Assembly: GCA_951406725.2 (NCBI GenBank) | Contig: OX597840.1 | Coordinates: 19,778,001 to 19,842,000 of the forward strand | Length of the DNA: 64,000 nt | Direction: 5' to 3' | DNA from: Octopus vulgaris | Taxonomy: Eukaryota | In this document: positions 45,257 through 57,184 of the stretch, in pieces | Numbering within the stretch: the stretch's first letter is position 1 | Layout: the number at the start of each line of letters is the position of its first letter | Program-made: the position numbers and the translations under genes | Notes under the pieces: generated by a model | Told to the model about the DNA's origin: nothing | Seen by the model: only the letters and a program-made list of their open reading frames with translations | Database searches by the model: none

Positions 45257-48200
45257 TTTGGTCCCAGTATTTTTTAGCAGTGCTGAGTTCTACCATAGTT
45301 ATTGCATCGCCATTGGTTCCTTCTCAACAGGGATTTAAGGGAATGGGTTAACCAATAAATGAACCTTGGCAATAAAGGGTCAAGGGGGAAAAGGAAACTA
45401 AAATTTTCAATTTAATACTTTTTCATAAGAAATGCTACAAATAGTTCCCTTTTTCTGAAACCCTACCATTGTCCATTTCTACAGAGGACATGTATAATTT
45501 AATAGCACATATATACCACATGTATATAAAACATGTATGCCATGTAGGAAGTTTCTTAAGCTTTGGTGTAATTTTGTAAGGAACCCACTTTATTCAACCA
45601 AATGAAACGGATTCAGGCAATGCAATCCCTATATAGGTCCTAAATTATAAAAGGTGCCGGTTTTGAAGGTAATTATCATAATTGATTATTAATAAGGGAG
45701 AAAGTTTTGAGCCTTAATTTATAGAAGAACACCGGGGTGACTAATACACAGAAAAAAGGGGGGGAAGAGACTGGCCCGGATGAAAGTGTGGAAGGAAGTT
45801 AGGAATATTGAAGAAGGAACGAGTATGAAGCTGAGGAAAGTAGGAGGTTGAGACAGGGGACGATAATGTAAAGAGGATACTATAGGGGTATTATCAGGGC
45901 CTTGGTATGGTCAAGGGTGATTGGGGAGGCACAGGTATTTGCACAATATTGGCTCTAAATTCTTGTTTAAAGTTAATTTGTGTAGGAAGCATTTGATTAG
46001 AATAAAACATCTAGACACACATGTACATATGAAAATATATATATCTATACATATATATATATATACACACACACATAGCGTGTGTACAATTGTGTGTATG
46101 CAATGGTTAAGTGTTTAAAATGCAAAATAATGGGGAGAGGGTCAGAGGATTAAGTTTTGTTTAAAAAAAAAATGGATATGAAAATTTTGTAAAAATTTGA
46201 GAAAAAATGTTTTTAAATTAGTTTTGATGACGTAACAAATAAAGCTCAATTTTTCACACATCTCTTGTTTTTCTGTTTGAAAAAAAAAAAAAAAAGCAAA
46301 CTTTTTATAAGAGAAAAAAAGGGATATATATATATATACACACACACAGAAAAAAAAATATTTCAAATTGATTTGGTCCCATAGTTGCAGCAATTTTAAA
46401 ATTTTTATGTCCCGTTTTAAAAAACCAAGTTAGGACAGTTTCAACATTTAAAAATCAAAAGCATACAGAATTGTATTGGTAGAGGGAAGGGGAGAAAAGT
46501 CTTGTCATCTTGATAAGATGATCTCGGCGGGAATGAAAATGTTTTTTTTTGAAGGGGGCCCTTTTTGCACCTAAATATTTAATAAGCTATAACCAGCCCC
46601 TATCGGAGGTTAAGAAAAACATTCTCCCTTCACCTCATCCATAAACGTTTAAAATCCCTCTTTATGTTTTAAGCCAAACAGGTAACTTCAAAATCTTCCC
46701 CTCTTCCTTACTTTGGTCCCATGGAAGAAAAATTGTGGAGAAAAATCTTTGAGATAATAATACATCTTTCTTCTTTTACATTTAGAATATTTTTGGAAGG
46801 AGGGGAAGATAAAATACCATTAAAATTTTTTTTTTTATGAAAAAAAAAAAAAAAAAAAACATTTCCCTTATTTGTGTAAGCCTAGAAAATCCAAAGATGA
46901 TTAAGGGTTACTTCTCTTCCCCCCGATTCCAAATAATGAGATTATGGTTTTACAACAAAAATATTTTTAAATTAAGAAAAAGAAAAAATGGATACACCAT
47001 TGATCGCCTAACAGAACATGGGTTCCAGAATGGTCCCTTATATTTTAAGGGGGAGGGGAGGGGGCGTACATTCATTATAAATTCGGTTTTAAATTATGGG
47101 TTTGATTTTTCACAATTTGTTTCAAGAACAGAAATCAAGAAAGTGTTATCTTGGTTTGTTCTTGGACAGGTTTTCCCTTATTCCACACGAAAATTTAACC
47201 ATTTTTTAAGTTCACAGGAATCCGCACAATTAATTACTAACGAAAACAAGACAGGCAGGGTTAGGTGGATGGGTGGGTGGGAGAATGCTGCACCAAACTG
47301 TTAACATTTTTTTTCATAATCAGTAAAATGTTTTGAGTAAATTAAAAAAAATTGTTAATTGGTTTAAAGAGAAAATAAATAAAAATTGGTCCCACAGAAA
47401 GGATTTCAATCAGCCGTAAAAAGGTTTACACATACACCCTACTTGCTCCTTAACACTTGATGCATTAATTCACAAGACACAGGTGGGATGTGGGGGTGAT
47501 GCAGGGGCAGAGGTATTACTTTGTCACCTTAAAAAGCAAGGGACGTCTTGCTTCCTGTATCACCTGAAGTGGAATCCAAACAACCCAGCAAGCAAGAATT
47601 AGGTGAAAATAAAAATATTTTCTGAAATAGTCTCAAAGATTCTATGATTCTAAACAGTTGTCTGCTCCCTTAAATAAAATTTAAAATTAAATACGGTTTA
47701 ATAAATATTTTCTAATTTTCGGTGGGTTTGCATATACAAAAAGTTAACTTTTAGCTTTTCCTTGGTCCCTAATATTGTTTTGTTACCCTTCAGAACTTTC
47801 ATCACAAATTTTGTTTTGTTAATGTTTTTAAAGATTTGATTCAGTCTTAGCATAAAGCTTTTAAAATGTTAAAATTTTTCATCTTCAAAAGTACCTTAAA
47901 ATACATCACATCTATACAAAGATATGATGTATGGGGTATGTGTATGAATACACCGTGTATGTATATATATATGTGCACACACACAGACACTATGATATTG
48001 TATGACCACATAAATTTATGAATATGCCAATGTAATACATGTACCTACAGATAAAATCCTTAACCCAAGAAAGGAGCAAATAAACAGAGAAATATAGCGG
48101 CTGACACTCATTGATGCTACATCGAAGAGGCCAGGGGACAGAAGAAAGAAGACATGCACTCAACACCAGAGCTGAAGACACCTCCAAAGGGGTGGGCGCC

Positions 48201-48431
48201 ACGTCAAATCGGTAGAGGATTAGGGGCCGAAACCGGACGTGGTTCCTCCTGATGATGTCTTGAGCTAACTGGATCCTATAAAGGAGCTGTTGTGGTAGCA
48301 GACTACGAAATACGGTTGAAATTCCTAAGAGAGGCAGAGAGAGACGAAGAAGGGGCCTAAAAGAAACACATTCAGGTCACCCCAAAGGGCTTCTAGCAGC
48401 AGAAGCCCCAACTACAATGGCACTTGGTCCC
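45257..48431 (-). promoter_or_regulatory. Cluster of seven miR-133 seed-match sites (mRNA GGGACCA[A])
   Basis: Plus-strand TTGGTCCC at 45258, 46373, 46713, 47386, 47762 and 48424, and TGGTCCC at 47031. All are in the orientation that is sense for the Tis11-like mRNA. Confidence 0.7.
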
Positions 48432-50108
48432 ACAGAGAACATTTCAAGTTACTTTTGGGTACCACCTCGTATACCATATAAGTATGCATTATACACACCA
48501 AAGACATACAAAACCCATTTAATTTTTCCATTCAATGAATGATAGCAAAAAAAAGGTTCCTAATGTATGATAAGGGGTCAGGTGAGAGGGAGAGGTATTA
48601 CATGGCGGTGGGAAGTGGGGGGAAGAATTTAAGCTGCCATGGAATGGGTATTTAAGGAGGAAAGAAAAAAAGGAGTAACAGATACTCATTTAGTCAAACT
48701 TGCTATTAGGGAGTATCTATCTTATGCATGAAGAAAAGATGCCTGCCCCTTCTCAAATGCAGGGGCAGGAGATTGACAAAGGGGTCATGAAGAAATTGCT
48801 ATAAGGAACAGACAAGTTTTAATCAATCAAAAGAATTCTTATAATTTCAAGCATTGTTTTTGATTTTGAACTACAGAACAAGAAGGGGTCATTTGGGCAG
48901 TCTTTGAGAAAGACAGCACCATGATGCCAATTCAGTGCCAAGAGATTTGTAAACGACATGCTGTATTGGTTGGCATTCACACCAGAAGATCCAACACGAA
49001 CATTTCAGAGTGCTAGTCTGAGAGGATTCTGCAAGAGTTGGAAGAGTCCATAAATTACAAGAAGGTATGGCAGCTCGGAAGGCTTACTCTGATCATTCTG
49101 ATAAGAAAAGAACCCCTGAACTTTTTAGTATGATGTGGGCCATGATTGACAAAGTTCCCTCCAAGTCAGTGTGTATATATATGCACACGTGTGGGTGTGT
49201 CTATACATACACACACGCATGTATATATTACACACACATGTATGTATACATACATGCATATATACACATGTATGTATACACACTCATGCAAGCATATATG
49301 CACATACATAAATCCATGTGCTTAATGAAGAATGTTCATTTAGCTTTTTACACAATAATTATTGATAATTAGTAAAATTAATCATTAATTATTGCAGATT
49401 ATCCAGATATGACCCACCCTCACAGGATCAGAATCCCCAAATGGTAACAGGCGCAGGAGTGAATAGTCAAGAGTGAAGCAGTAGGGTTCAAAGTTTAAGG
49501 CCCATACGAGATGTGTATATATACATATATATATATGAATCCATACGAATGGGATAAGAAAGAAAAAAACTATGTTTAATATACCCATATGAGATTTTAT
49601 ATATGTTTGTGTGTGTATACGTGTATGTATGTATAAATATACACACACACACACACATATAAAATAAATTAATATATAATTTAGCTGATGAGAGGGGATA
49701 ATAGAAGATATGTTTTGATGTAATTAAAACAAATCGTGGTCAAATAGAATACGTGTAAGTGTGTGCGATTTACTAATTGAAAAATCTTAACGAAGTATGG
49801 TAATTGGCAAATAGACAAAAGAGAGCAAGACAACATGAATAGGAAGTTTTCTATTATTCCACAGAACCGCAACCCTGCCCTTCTTAAAACCTCAAGAGCA
49901 GGAGGGCAGGGTCCGATTAAACAGGTTGTTTAAATACAACTAAAAATAAATATAAAAATAAATAAAGCACCTGTTGTTTTTTTGTTTTTATTTCGTTTGT
50001 TATTTTATTTTATTCTTGGTCACATTTTTTGTTTTTTAGTTTTATATAATTATTATTATTATTATTATTAATGTATGTTTTGTTTTGTTTGTTGTTTGTT
50101 GTTTTTTC

Positions 50109-50129
50109 AAATAAATAAATAAATTAAAT
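50109..50129 (-). promoter_or_regulatory. Overlapping AUUUA (class II-like) ARE
   Basis: Plus aaataaataaataaattaaat = mRNA AUUUAAUUUAUUUAUUUAUUU. Further nonamers at 49957-49965 and 47374-47382. Confidence 0.55.
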
Positions 50130-51525
50130 CGAATATTTAATAACTTAAGAGGCAATGAAAAAGGAAAAAAAAAAATATATATATATATAATCCCTTTGTC
50201 TTGGAGGGAGGAAAGAAACAAATTAACTGACCGACCCCTACGCCGCCAAGACAAAGACTAACACACACACACCCACCAACCCACCCATACTGCCCCCTGC
50301 CCTTTTTCTCCTGGGTAGAAATTAAATGCCAACTCTTGTAAAATCAGGGGAATGGGGGGAGAGTTTTTTGTGTATAGGGAAAGAGGAAGACAGATTAACA
50401 GCAAACTATATCCTGCATGTATGTATATGTCTATACACATATGCAATATATGTATATATACATTATACACACTGGACAATCATTCCCTCACTTCAGTTAT
50501 TAAATACATATATACATATATATATATATATACATGTATATATATGTGTGTATGTTTTAAACTTGATATGTGGAAAGGGAGAAAGTTATATAGAAATTAA
50601 AATAGCATATATATTATATATATACACATGCACATTGGAAGGGGTCGTATTTTCCCCTTAGGCAGAAAAAGTCTATTGCCTTTTGTTTCAGCATAATGGA
50701 TTCTCAGGAAGTGAAAACCTTCAATGTTTTTGATATAATTTTACAATTATCGCAAGAAACGAAGTTTTTAAGTTTCTCTCCTCCTTCAATGTAATTAAGA
50801 GTTAATATAATTCAGGGTGGTTACGCTGGTACTTCTTGTAAATGGGTGGGGAGATAAAGTCTTAGAATGTGGGGTAATTTTTTTATTTTAAAAATATGGG
50901 TAAAAACTTTTTTTCATTTTGGATATCGCAGTCCGAGAGAAAGCAGTTTGTTTCTTCTTTTTTTTCAAAATGAAGAGAAAAAAAATTTTAATTTATAAAT
51001 TACAAAATGTGGGATTGTTGATATTTTAACATATGCATATGTTAAAATATATGCATTTCTTGGCTAATTTTAATTTATATATTTCACATTAAAAGGCCCA
51101 AATTTAGCAATACTGTTTTTTTTATATATATGTAGAGACTAACTTAAAATTGATGAAACCCGAGAAAGAGAGGCAGGGTCAACTTTGAGCAGAGCATACA
51201 GAGAGGTTGGCAAGTGTTGTGTGTACATGCAATATTAATGTTAACGAGAGCTTGTGTGTTAAATGATTGCTTCTACATTGTTGTCGTCATCAGCACAGCA
51301 ATTTGTTGTAAAGGTAGGATTGAAATGTTTTAAAGTTAATTAATTAGAAGATGAAGGAGTTGGAGAGCATGGCTTGTTCGTTAAAACAAGCGGCTTTGAA
51401 GAGACCAGACACCAAAAAAAGGATTCGCTTTTTTTTTTTTTTGGCTGTCTGTCTCTCTCTCACTGTCACTCTCTCTCTCTCTCTCTTCATTTCTTTTAAT
51501 GAACAAACAGGTTTAAAAGACATCC

Positions 51526-53544
51526 TTACGCCTCCAAATCGGTCCACATTGGCATTCTGGAAGTAGCAAAGGGTTTCTCGGCGGCTCCCAAACTGAAGAA
51601 AGTGTCGTAGGTCGACGAGGAGGACAGAGAAGACGAAGACGAAGAATTCGACGAGATGTGAGCTGCTCCAGAAGGGTCGTTGAGAGTTTGGTAAAACATC
51701 TTGTATGAAGACTGACCAGGTGAAGTAAAACTGCCGGTTCCGCTGGTGTAGTCCTGTCCGGTCAAGTTGAAAGCATTGAAGGGGTGGAAGCTGTTCTCGT
51801 AGGTCTCATGCTGTCGCACCGTCTCGTAGGGGAGCGGTGGTGGCGTCGTAGGTGTGCCAGGAGCATTTGGGGACAATCTGGAGGTGGCCAAAGCGAGCTC
51901 GTCCCCAACGTTGTGAGAGGAGGACATGGCGAGTCTCCCGAGAGCGGACAAATTGCTGGACAACCCCGTAGCCGTCGAAGAAGAGAGCATACCGTTAATA
52001 TTATTGATGTGGTTGTTGTTATTGTTGATGTTGTTGCCTCCCATGTTGCTGCTGTTGATGATGATGAGGCTGGATGGTCCAGCGGAGTTTGAGGTGGTCG
52101 AAGTGGTGAAAGATGGGGTCGTGGCGGCGTTCATGTTATTCAGGTGGTTGTTGTAGATGTTAATATTATTGTTGTTGTTGTTGTTGTTTGGGAAATCTTC
52201 GCCGAAGAAGAGAGGACTCTGCCGGTTGAGACTCCTCGTCGGACTCTCGCTGACGCTGGACGGAGGGGGAGAGTCACCTGTGGATCCAAGAGAAGGTGGG
52301 CTGGAGTTGTAACTGATCAGCTTAGGCCTGCTGTTGTTAGCACCGAATGCGGCGCCACCTGTTGGAGACAGTCGTGAACTATAGAACGGGGAGAATTGAG
52401 GAAGAGGTGGCGAGTGCTGGGGTGACAAGCTGGAAGGCCCTGTCAATAGTGAAACCCCATTAGTACCACTGGTACCGTTTTGGCTGTAGTGACTGCTGCT
52501 GTTGCTATGGTACTGCTGCTGTTGATGGCTGAGACCAGACTCTTTTAACAAGGAACTTTGGTGGTGGTGATGGTGAGAGTTGTGTTGCTGGTGGGGCGAG
52601 TGGTGGGAGAGGTGGAGGGGAGGTGGAGAGGTGGCGGTGGTGGCCGCGGTGCTCGTGGGACCGGCGACCCCGATTGCATTGCTGTTGACAGCATTGTGAA
52701 GACTGACGGACAGGCCGGGAGACGGGGATGACGAGGAGGAAGACGAAGGTGACCCACCACCGGACGACATGGCCCCACCGGCGGCAGCGGAAGTGTTGGA
52801 GGAGCAGCTGGAAGCGGTGGTACCTGAAGAGGTCTTGCGCTCGTTCTCGTTGTGGATAAAGTGGCACCGAGGACCGTAGGGGCAGAAGCCGCTGGAATGG
52901 TAAGTGCGGCAGGGTTCCGTCTTGTACTTTGGGTGCCTGGCTGGCGTCCTCAGCTCCGTGGTGCCATGGGCATAGCGGCACTTCTCACCATATTTGCATT
53001 GACGACTCTCATCATAGGAACGACAAAGTTCTGTCTTGTACTTGTTAGAATTTATTTGACTCAGGCTGCTGCTGCTGCCACTGCTGCTACTACTGCTACA
53101 ACTACCAACACCATTATTATTGTTGTTGTTGTTGTTGTTGTTATTGTGGTGGTTGCCGTTGTGGTGGTGGTGGCCATTGGCGATGGCTGCAGAGCGAGAG
53201 GAATCGGCAGGTTCACTCATGCTGCGATCCAATTTGCAAGGATGAGACGGAACCATTGTGCTATGGGAGGTGTTGTTGTTGCTACCTCCTGGCCCACTGG
53301 ATGAGATCAAGGAATTATGGCTGTTCAAACGCATGTAGTATTGGGCCGACGAAGACGTAGACGATGTGGTGTTGCTGTTTGACGAAGTGGATATGATGGA
53401 CACGGATGACGCTCCGACTGGAGGCGCGCCAGACGATAGGGTAATCTTCCGATTGCGAGACGCAGACGAGCCGATATCCACTGGGCCACCAACTGCTTTA
53501 CGATCGATTGTGGTCGAAGATCTGTGAGAAACCGAGTTCGGAGT
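51526..53544 (-). CDS. Tis11: Major (last) coding exon of a TIS11/ZFP36L1-like (tristetraprolin family) tandem CCCH zinc-finger ARE-binding protein. 672 codons plus stop; the N-terminal exon was not found.
   Basis: Encodes KYKTELC-x8-C-x5-C-x3-H, an 18-aa linker, then KYKTEPC-x8-C-x5-C-x3-H. Also DRKAVG (53505-53488, as in the ZFP36L1 N-terminus) and KLDRSMSEP (53235-53209). Preceded by a strong phase-0 acceptor tttttattttccAG|ACT. TAA at 51528-51526. The track ORF extension to 53829 is read-through of an intronic repeat. Confidence 0.93.
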   Translation of the reverse strand, partial: TPNSVSHRSSTTIDRKAVGGPVDIGSSASRNRKITLSSGAPPVGASSVSIISTSSNSNTTSSTSSSAQYYMRLNSHNSLISSSGPGGSNNNTSHSTMVPSHPCKLDRSMSEPADSSRSAAIANGHHHHNGNHHNNNNNNNNNNNGVGSCSSSSSSGSSSSLSQINSNKYKTELCRSYDESRQCKYGEKCRYAHGTTELRTPARHPKYKTEPCRTYHSSGFCPYGPRCHFIHNENERKTSSGTTASSCSSNTSAAAGGAMSSGGGSPSSSSSSSPSPGLSVSLHNAVNSNAIGVAGPTSTAATTATSPPPLHLSHHSPHQQHNSHHHHHQSSLLKESGLSHQQQQYHSNSSSHYSQNGTSGTNGVSLLTGPSSLSPQHSPPLPQFSPFYSSRLSPTGGAAFGANNSRPKLISYNSSPPSLGSTGDSPPPSSVSESPTRSLNRQSPLFFGEDFPNNNNNNNNINIYNNHLNNMNAATTPSFTTSTTSNSAGPSSLIIINSSNMGGNNINNNNNHINNINGMLSSSTATGLSSNLSALGRLAMSSSHNVGDELALATSRLSPNAPGTPTTPPPLPYETVRQHETYENSFHPFNAFNLTGQDYTSGTGSFTSPGQSSYKMFYQTLNDPSGAAHISSNSSSSSSLSSSSTYDTFFSLGAAEKPFATSRMPMWTDLEA
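52852..53043 (-). other. Tandem CCCH zinc-finger (TZF) RNA-binding domain
   Basis: [64 protein letters not shown], with canonical TTP-family spacing. Confidence 0.97.
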
Positions 53545-53590
53545 CTGGAAAATAAAAATTAAAAAATAAATATTAAAAGACAATAACAAA
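53545..53590 (-). promoter_or_regulatory. 3' splice site (polypyrimidine tract + AG) of the Tis11-like intron
   Basis: Minus strand reads ...cttttaatatttattttttaatttttattttccAG (AG = 53546-53545), directly before in-frame TPNSVSHR. Confidence 0.85.
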
Positions 53591-53779
53591 AAAAGATGCA
53601 AAATACAACAAAAAGATGCAAAATACAACAAAAAGATGCAAAATACAACAAAAAGATGCAAAATACAACAAAAAGATGCAAAATACAACAAAAAGATGCA
53701 AAATACAACAAAAAGATGCAAAATACAACAAAAAGATGCAAAATACAACAAAAAGATGCAAAATACAACAAAAAGATGC
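53591..53779. repeat. Perfect 20-bp minisatellite (AAAAGATGCAAAATACAACA) x ~9.5
   Basis: Directly visible, identical copies, 45 bp from the splice acceptor. Confidence 0.97.
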
Positions 53780-54261
53780 GATATATCCAGGCTAAACGAA
53801 AACTTTTCATTTGTATCCAAACCAGGCATTTGTTATCCAATATCTTATATTGTTTCGAGAACCATTCGAAAACATTTTAAACATACACACACGTACACTA
53901 TGTATAAACGTATACACACGCACACATACATGCTTATGTATAGAAGTATACACACATGCACGCACACGTACTATATAAAATTTACCTGGTAAGATATCCC
54001 AAAGTGTCACAGAGAAATCAAACCTAAAACCCAAAACGGATGGACAACCCAGTTATCGATTGATAAGGGCACATCAGGGAACTTAAAAAGCTGCCGTCAA
54101 AACCTATACAACACAACAACTGCAACCATCCTTAGGTTTTAACTTGTATATTCGAAGACCATAAGGGTTTAGCAATTTAATGATTCCAGTAGGCCAAACT
54201 GTGTAGAACCAGCGCTGAAGAGACACTGTATATAAATAATCTGTAGGAGGAAACTAAATCG

Positions 54262-54302
<41 letters not shown>

Positions 54303-56594
54303 CAAAACACGCAGCTAGTTATGATTGCCCAAGCGTTATTTTTACTTCCAATTGGGTTTTCCCCACACTTCAGAATAGTTCAAAATTGGAGCATTGCCCT
54401 TCTCAGAGGTTATGTCAAGCACCACTCCTGTTTGGTTTTGTGGGTAAGAAGACTATTGTCATATTTTGTAGCACATGTTGTGACTGAGTAATAACAATAC
54501 GCCCAATAATGATCAGAGGAATTCCGGTTACGAACCATTTGCACCACCCTAAATTTTATTATTTCCACAAATTGTACCAAGTTTATTTATACAACTATTT
54601 TTAAGCGAATTCACATTTGGTATAGAAAAAAACGTGATGCAAGACCATTCTAACACTTTTCTGAAGTCACCATTGTATATCCCAATGACTATTAGGAAAG
54701 ACGAGATGGTCACAATTACCAGGGGTGTTTTTTTTTTAATTTAAAAAGTACCAAGTTTAAAAAAAAAATTGTAGGGTAATCGGTCCAATGGCCAAATCAA
54801 AGATGAAATGAACTTAACTTCCTAGGTCAGTTTTGATGCAGACTTGGTTGAGGGGAAAAAAAATAGAGGCATTTCTTTTAAGAAAAACTTTGTACTTTTT
54901 AAATAAAAACCGTACTTTTTTTTAAATATAAAAAAAAACAGGTACTTAAAACTCCTATAGGTGCTGCAAGTTGCCTCCCTTATTTAGATTTTTACCTTCA
55001 CCCGCAAAACGTTTTTTTTTCTAATTGTAGCCAGTCCCTAAGAACATGCAATTCCACGTGTCCATGCATCATGATAGACACATCCACCCATTATCTACCC
55101 CAACCAGACTCACTTGGCACTTTTGAGGAAGCTTAATAACATCACTCAGAGAGTATGAAACGGAGTGAGGGGGGGGGGGGGGCTAACTAAAACGTCTGAA
55201 AACAAACATGGCCGATTAAGGACAAACTTTGTGTAAACATACTATGGACAAGCGAAAGGGTTTATTTGTTCAATGGTACACATATTTTAGCCTACACCTT
55301 CCTTGAAGAAACTAGAGACAGCAAAGTATATAAGTTCCTTTATTCGTATCTCCATGGAAGAAAAAAAAAGCGGATGTTTAAAACCCCACACCAGGCGTTT
55401 GTTTGATAGCTTTTGTTTTGCTAACACAGCATGGAGTCCATAGCAAAGATCGTACTAAAAAGGCTCTTGGCCATTATCGTACACGATTTCAACACCAACA
55501 AGAAAAAATGTATACATATATATATAAAGTGTCAGTAAGGTTAAGTTAGTTTTTTACGAGGACGGTAGGTTGAAGCAATTAGAAATAACAGCCCAATCTT
55601 CCACAAATCGTACATGCTCTATCATCGTTACGTGCAAAGAGTGGAGGGACACACATACACACAGATAACCACCAAGATAAATATCCGCATTAAACTAGAT
55701 TTGGTCACGGTTGGATGCGTTTAAAATATAGGTTATGCTACGCTCGGTCGGTGCTGAATCGAGAGTACTTATTAATGTAGTTTTGCTTGCTCGTTTCTCA
55801 TTGGATTGCGGACATGCTGGGGCATCACCTTACAGGGTTTTTTTAGTTGTACTTGGAACGCATCGACCTTCCTTCCTTCCTTCCCTAGTACAATTGTATT
55901 TTTTTTAAGCCTACCATAACAACCTATCGGTCACTTTTGTCGAACCGCTAGATTACAAGGACATAAACAAACCGTCTTCGGTTGTCAAGTGGTAGAAGAG
56001 AACAGATATATGCATATACGAGGAGCTTCGCTTCAACTTGTTCACGAAATTCAATCCAAAAGCGCCGTACAGGGGTACTAAAACCCAAGGCCACACAATC
56101 CAGAAAGCAGATTTCCATTCCACACAGCTACGTCTAATTGAGGAGGGGGGTATGAATTCCTGCCTAGGTGCAAAGTACAACAAAAGTACTGCGAAAAGTT
56201 TTTCCTCGTATTTCATTAAATATCTCTGTATTTATCAAAGTTATCAAGGACACGGAGATGCGGGCACACACGGGTGGTAAAAGTGTATTTCTGCTGTGAA
56301 CCCTTCCTCCCTCCTCCTCCTCCTCACAGGGAGAGGAGATAAAAAGGGGGAGAAAAAAAACAAAAAAAACTGTGCCACCTGAACGAAATGAACTCGGACG
56401 AGAAGAAAAGCTAAATAAGAAAGGTGAGAGAGGTGAACCCCGAAGGACCCAATGACTTGGCTTTAAACAGGCAGAGAATTATAAGGGCAACACTTTTTTT
56501 AAAGGGCACCGCTTCATGTATGTATCTGTATGTATGTTTGTTTATGTATGTATGTATGTATGTATGTATGTATGTATGTATGTATGTATGTATG

Positions 56595-56640
<46 letters not shown>

Positions 56641-56712
56641 TGTGTGTGTGTGTCTACATGTATTTACACATGTACATAAATACAAATTTCCCTTTATGTG
56701 CGTGTGTATATA

Positions 56713-56770
<58 letters not shown>

Positions 56771-57141
56771 ACACTATATATATATTCCTATCCCTTTAGC
56801 ATTGATTATTTTATCAAATATAAAGGCTTATATTCACATCGTTTTGAATTCACCATTATCTTATAACTTCCAAGATTTCAAGGATTTAATTTAGCTTAAT
56901 AATGACCATTGCAGGGCCAAGTGTGAGGCCAGAACTAGCGAGTTTGAACATAAAAAAAGCTAAGAATATTTGGAACGGATATGGCCGGTTTATATGCTGA
57001 AGGGACATGTAAATCGTATAGTTATTTCTTCCATATATAGACATTCAAATGTATAGACACTATATACATAGACAAGAATAAATTACTCCAAGCTGCAAGA
57101 ACTATATATACACATGGCATATTATAAATATATAGATAATA

Positions 57142-57184
<43 letters not shown>

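Larger units (their letters stand above)
42865..51525 (-). other. Putative long (~8.6 kb) 3' UTR of the Tis11-like gene
   Basis: Contiguous unique sequence after the stop, U-rich on the minus strand, lacking the SINEs that recur every 1-2 kb over 1-42.6 kb. Contains AREs and miRNA seeds and ends at a poly(A) signal. Confidence 0.6.

Noticed and set aside
43090-51120. Scattered seed matches to miR-8/200, miR-7, miR-9, miR-92 and miR-1
   Set aside because: AU-rich 7-mers at counts compatible with chance in 8.6 kb; conservation data would be needed.
53591-53779. CRISPR-like regular repeat
   Set aside because: Head-to-tail identical units with no spacers, no cas genes, eukaryotic context.
53545-53829. 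Hydrophobic repetitive N-terminus of the 767-aa track ORF
   Set aside because: It is the translation of the 20-bp intronic minisatellite upstream of a clear splice acceptor, and the ORF starts at a non-ATG codon.
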